Virus record (IMG/VR): IMGVR_UViG_3300049489_000201 | DNA: 55,090 nucleotides | Strand: one strand, 5' to 3' | Source: an uncultured virus (IMG/VR IMGVR_UViG_3300049489_000201) | Taxonomy: Duplodnaviria; Heunggongvirae; Uroviricota; Caudoviricetes | In this document: piece by piece, positions 53,171 through 55,090 of the stretch | Position numbering within the stretch: the stretch's first letter is position 1 | How the letters are laid out: every line of letters begins with the position of its first letter | Made by a program: the position numbers and the translations under genes | Notes under the pieces: model-generated | Databases searched by the model: none | The model's input: the letters and a program-made list of their open reading frames with translations, nothing else | Told to the model about the DNA's origin: nothing

Positions 53171-53598
53171 CCAAGGCCGAGCAGGCAGCGCTCTGGCTTC
53201 GCCGCGCTGCTGAGATTTATGGTGACGACAACGACGATGCTGCGGTTGCCGCCGAATTGGCTGATCTTGCTGATTACGTGGAGACGCTGGATGCGTCACA
53301 GCCCCGCCTGATTGTCGAGCGTAACGCCGACTATGGTGACGAGTGCGACAAGTTCCACTTGATCACAAACGACGAGCAGTGGATCGACTTGTCACTTAAG
53401 TTGCTTGAAGAATATCTTGAACTGCTCCGTTTTGTCGATGAAGACGAAAGAGAGATCATCGAGGCCAATAGGATCGTTGCCGTGCAAGATCGGTCTAAGA
53501 CGCCGCGAGGAGCACCGCTTGCCTGGCTCTATCTTGGTGCAATTCTTGAGTACGACGACGACCTGTCCGTAAAGGTCGAACGATTTGCCACCACGTAG
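53167..53598 (+). CDS. Hypothetical acidic protein
   Basis: GTGA overlap, 143 aa. Confidence 0.7.
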   Translation: MTKAEQAALWLRRAAEIYGDDNDDAAVAAELADLADYVETLDASQPRLIVERNADYGDECDKFHLITNDEQWIDLSLKLLEEYLELLRFVDEDEREIIEANRIVAVQDRSKTPRGAPLAWLYLGAILEYDDDLSVKVERFATT

Positions 53599-53748
53599 AA
53601 AGAAAAAGGAAGACCTTGGCTACACTTATCAGCGTTCTCGATCAGGCTGGTGCCTTACTCAATATCATGGTGACTGCCCAGCCGTTTTCCCCAGTGGCGA
53701 ATGTACGTGCGAATGCCACCTTGCTGCTCCTAAAGTAAAGGACAAGAA

Positions 53749-54129
53749 ATGATCAAGCGGTTTATTTTTGCTCTGCTGCTTATGTTCAGCCTGGCTGCCT
53801 GCGGCACGTTTGGTGTTAGCGAGGGCGATGTAATCGACAAGGCTTACCACCCCGCGCGGGACTGGACTGAGAAAGTCGCTGACTACATCAGTGTTCCTAG
53901 GACAGTTACTTCTGTATCCTGCACGACTGTGAATAAGACACAGCAGTGCCGTACATCTACGAGCACCGTTTGGGACAGGGTATTTGTTGGTTGGCACGAC
54001 GAGGCCCGCCACGAAAACGAATACTGGACGCTGACCATCAAGGACGGCAACAATAACGTTGGTACCGTACGCGTGTCAAAGATTATTTACAGCGAAAAGC
54101 AACTCGGTAGTCACTATAAGGTGGAATAA
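53749..54129 (+). CDS. Lipoprotein
   Basis: Signal peptide with LAAC lipobox. Confidence 0.75.
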   Translation: MIKRFIFALLLMFSLAACGTFGVSEGDVIDKAYHPARDWTEKVADYISVPRTVTSVSCTTVNKTQQCRTSTSTVWDRVFVGWHDEARHENEYWTLTIKDGNNNVGTVRVSKIIYSEKQLGSHYKVE

Positions 54130-54623
54130 TGCATATCTGGCTCCCTGAACCATACTTAAATGCCGTGGCTATTGATTTGTCTAACAAAGATCTTACTCAC
54201 AACATTCTCAACTCGTATCTGATTCTGCGCGACCTGGCGACAGGCAGGGAAACCTCAGCCCCTGGGATTATGATGTGGAAGGGTCACGAGGGCTGGCTAT
54301 ATCGAGTGCACCTACAAAACCAACGTGAGTCTGGTATGCGTAGTCTTGGCATCATCTATGGCCACAGCGTGCAGACGCTCATGCGCGAGGCATTTCCTGA
54401 GTGGGAGTCCGACGTTGCGCCGCCGTGGTGGATTGATAGCAGAGTTTCAATCAGCCATCGTGCAGCACTCTACGGGCGGGACAAAAAGAACTACCCTCAG
54501 TTCTACCTTGACGCAGCACTCAACAGTCGCTATGCTTGTTGTCCTGGCTGCGACTTGTTCTGGCCTACACATACACAAGACTATGGATGGGTACAAGATG
54601 GTGACGGACTTCGCAAAATTTGA
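54129..54623 (+). CDS. Pyrimidine-dimer DNA glycosylase/DenV-like family protein (divergent)
   Basis: L.N..L, MW.GHE..L, PPW......SHRA.L..D...Y..F. Confidence 0.6.
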   Translation: MHIWLPEPYLNAVAIDLSNKDLTHNILNSYLILRDLATGRETSAPGIMMWKGHEGWLYRVHLQNQRESGMRSLGIIYGHSVQTLMREAFPEWESDVAPPWWIDSRVSISHRAALYGRDKKNYPQFYLDAALNSRYACCPGCDLFWPTHTQDYGWVQDGDGLRKI

Positions 54624-54771
54624 TGGGTTAACTCCTGGTGAGTCCGGCCCCGAAATCGTGCGTTACATCTGGCTCATTCGTACACTAAGACAAACTGCGC
54701 TGCTTGCTGGCAGCCTGACAATTATCGAGATTGATGTTGCTATCGAAGCGGCACGAAAGGTTGACGCATGA
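54598..54771 (+). CDS. Small hypothetical protein
   Basis: Fills gap with overlaps. Confidence 0.45.
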   Translation: MVTDFAKFDGLTPGESGPEIVRYIWLIRTLRQTALLAGSLTIIEIDVAIEAARKVDA

Positions 54772-55088
54772 CCATGACCCCCGAACAGCGCGCCGAGTGG
54801 CGTGCCCTGGCCGACGCCGCAACCGAAGGACCGTGGGAGGACGCAGACGGGATCGTCTACCGCGCCCGGCAGGGTCGCGCACTTGCCGAACTGCTGGGCA
54901 CGGGCCGTTCGGAGAACGCCGCGTTCATCGCCGCTGCCCGTGAGGCGGTGCTTGCCCTGCTCGACGCGCTCGACGCCGCTGAGGCCGAGGTGGAGCGGCT
55001 GACCGAGAAGGCCGCGCGGCTGCAAGAGATCGTCGCCACCCGCCCGCCACTGGACTACCGGGCCGCTGAGGCTCGCCTGGCCCGGTAG
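54768..55088 (+). CDS. Ead/Ea22-like protein
   Basis: LADAATEGPW...NAAFIAAAREAV.ALLD; high GC. Confidence 0.75.
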   Translation: MTMTPEQRAEWRALADAATEGPWEDADGIVYRARQGRALAELLGTGRSENAAFIAAAREAVLALLDALDAAEAEVERLTEKAARLQEIVATRPPLDYRAAEARLAR

Positions 55089-55090
55089 TC

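Noticed and set aside
53599..53748. Gap with possible short ORF or RNA
   Set aside because: A short Cys/His-containing frame is possible, but the start and structure are unconvincing

Overview
A 55 kb segment of a large, apparently lytic tailed-phage genome (GC roughly 50% by eye). The host is probably an actinobacterium: the window has a WhiB gene, SigA/HrdB-type promoters and many leaderless genes, and its gene order resembles large Streptomyces-type phages. Essentially everything is on the + strand. In order it holds minor tail and virion genes (Fn3, LamG, GH16), a replication/recombination block (DnaB, primase, SSB, DnaE, MazG, RecA, resolvases, Cas4-like nuclease), glycosyltransferases and terminase. 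Then follows a roughly 24 kb region with 31 tRNA or tRNA-like genes, a tmRNA, a GOLLD-like large RNA, a PRPP-synthase-like plus NAMPT-like pair (NARP1-like), ClpP, HNH/EndoVII endonucleases, a nucleotidyltransferase and carbohydrate-active proteins. The most unusual content is non-coding. It includes three clustered tRNA-Arg genes whose D-arm is replaced by a tmRNA-like loop, a circularly permuted tRNA-like element, repeated covarying pseudoknots in tRNA-operon leaders, and about ten unrecognised structured RNAs between tRNAs. On the protein side, two distant glycan-active proteins share an N-terminal motif that may dock onto a small Ig-like adaptor. All structures and family calls were made by eye, without searches.
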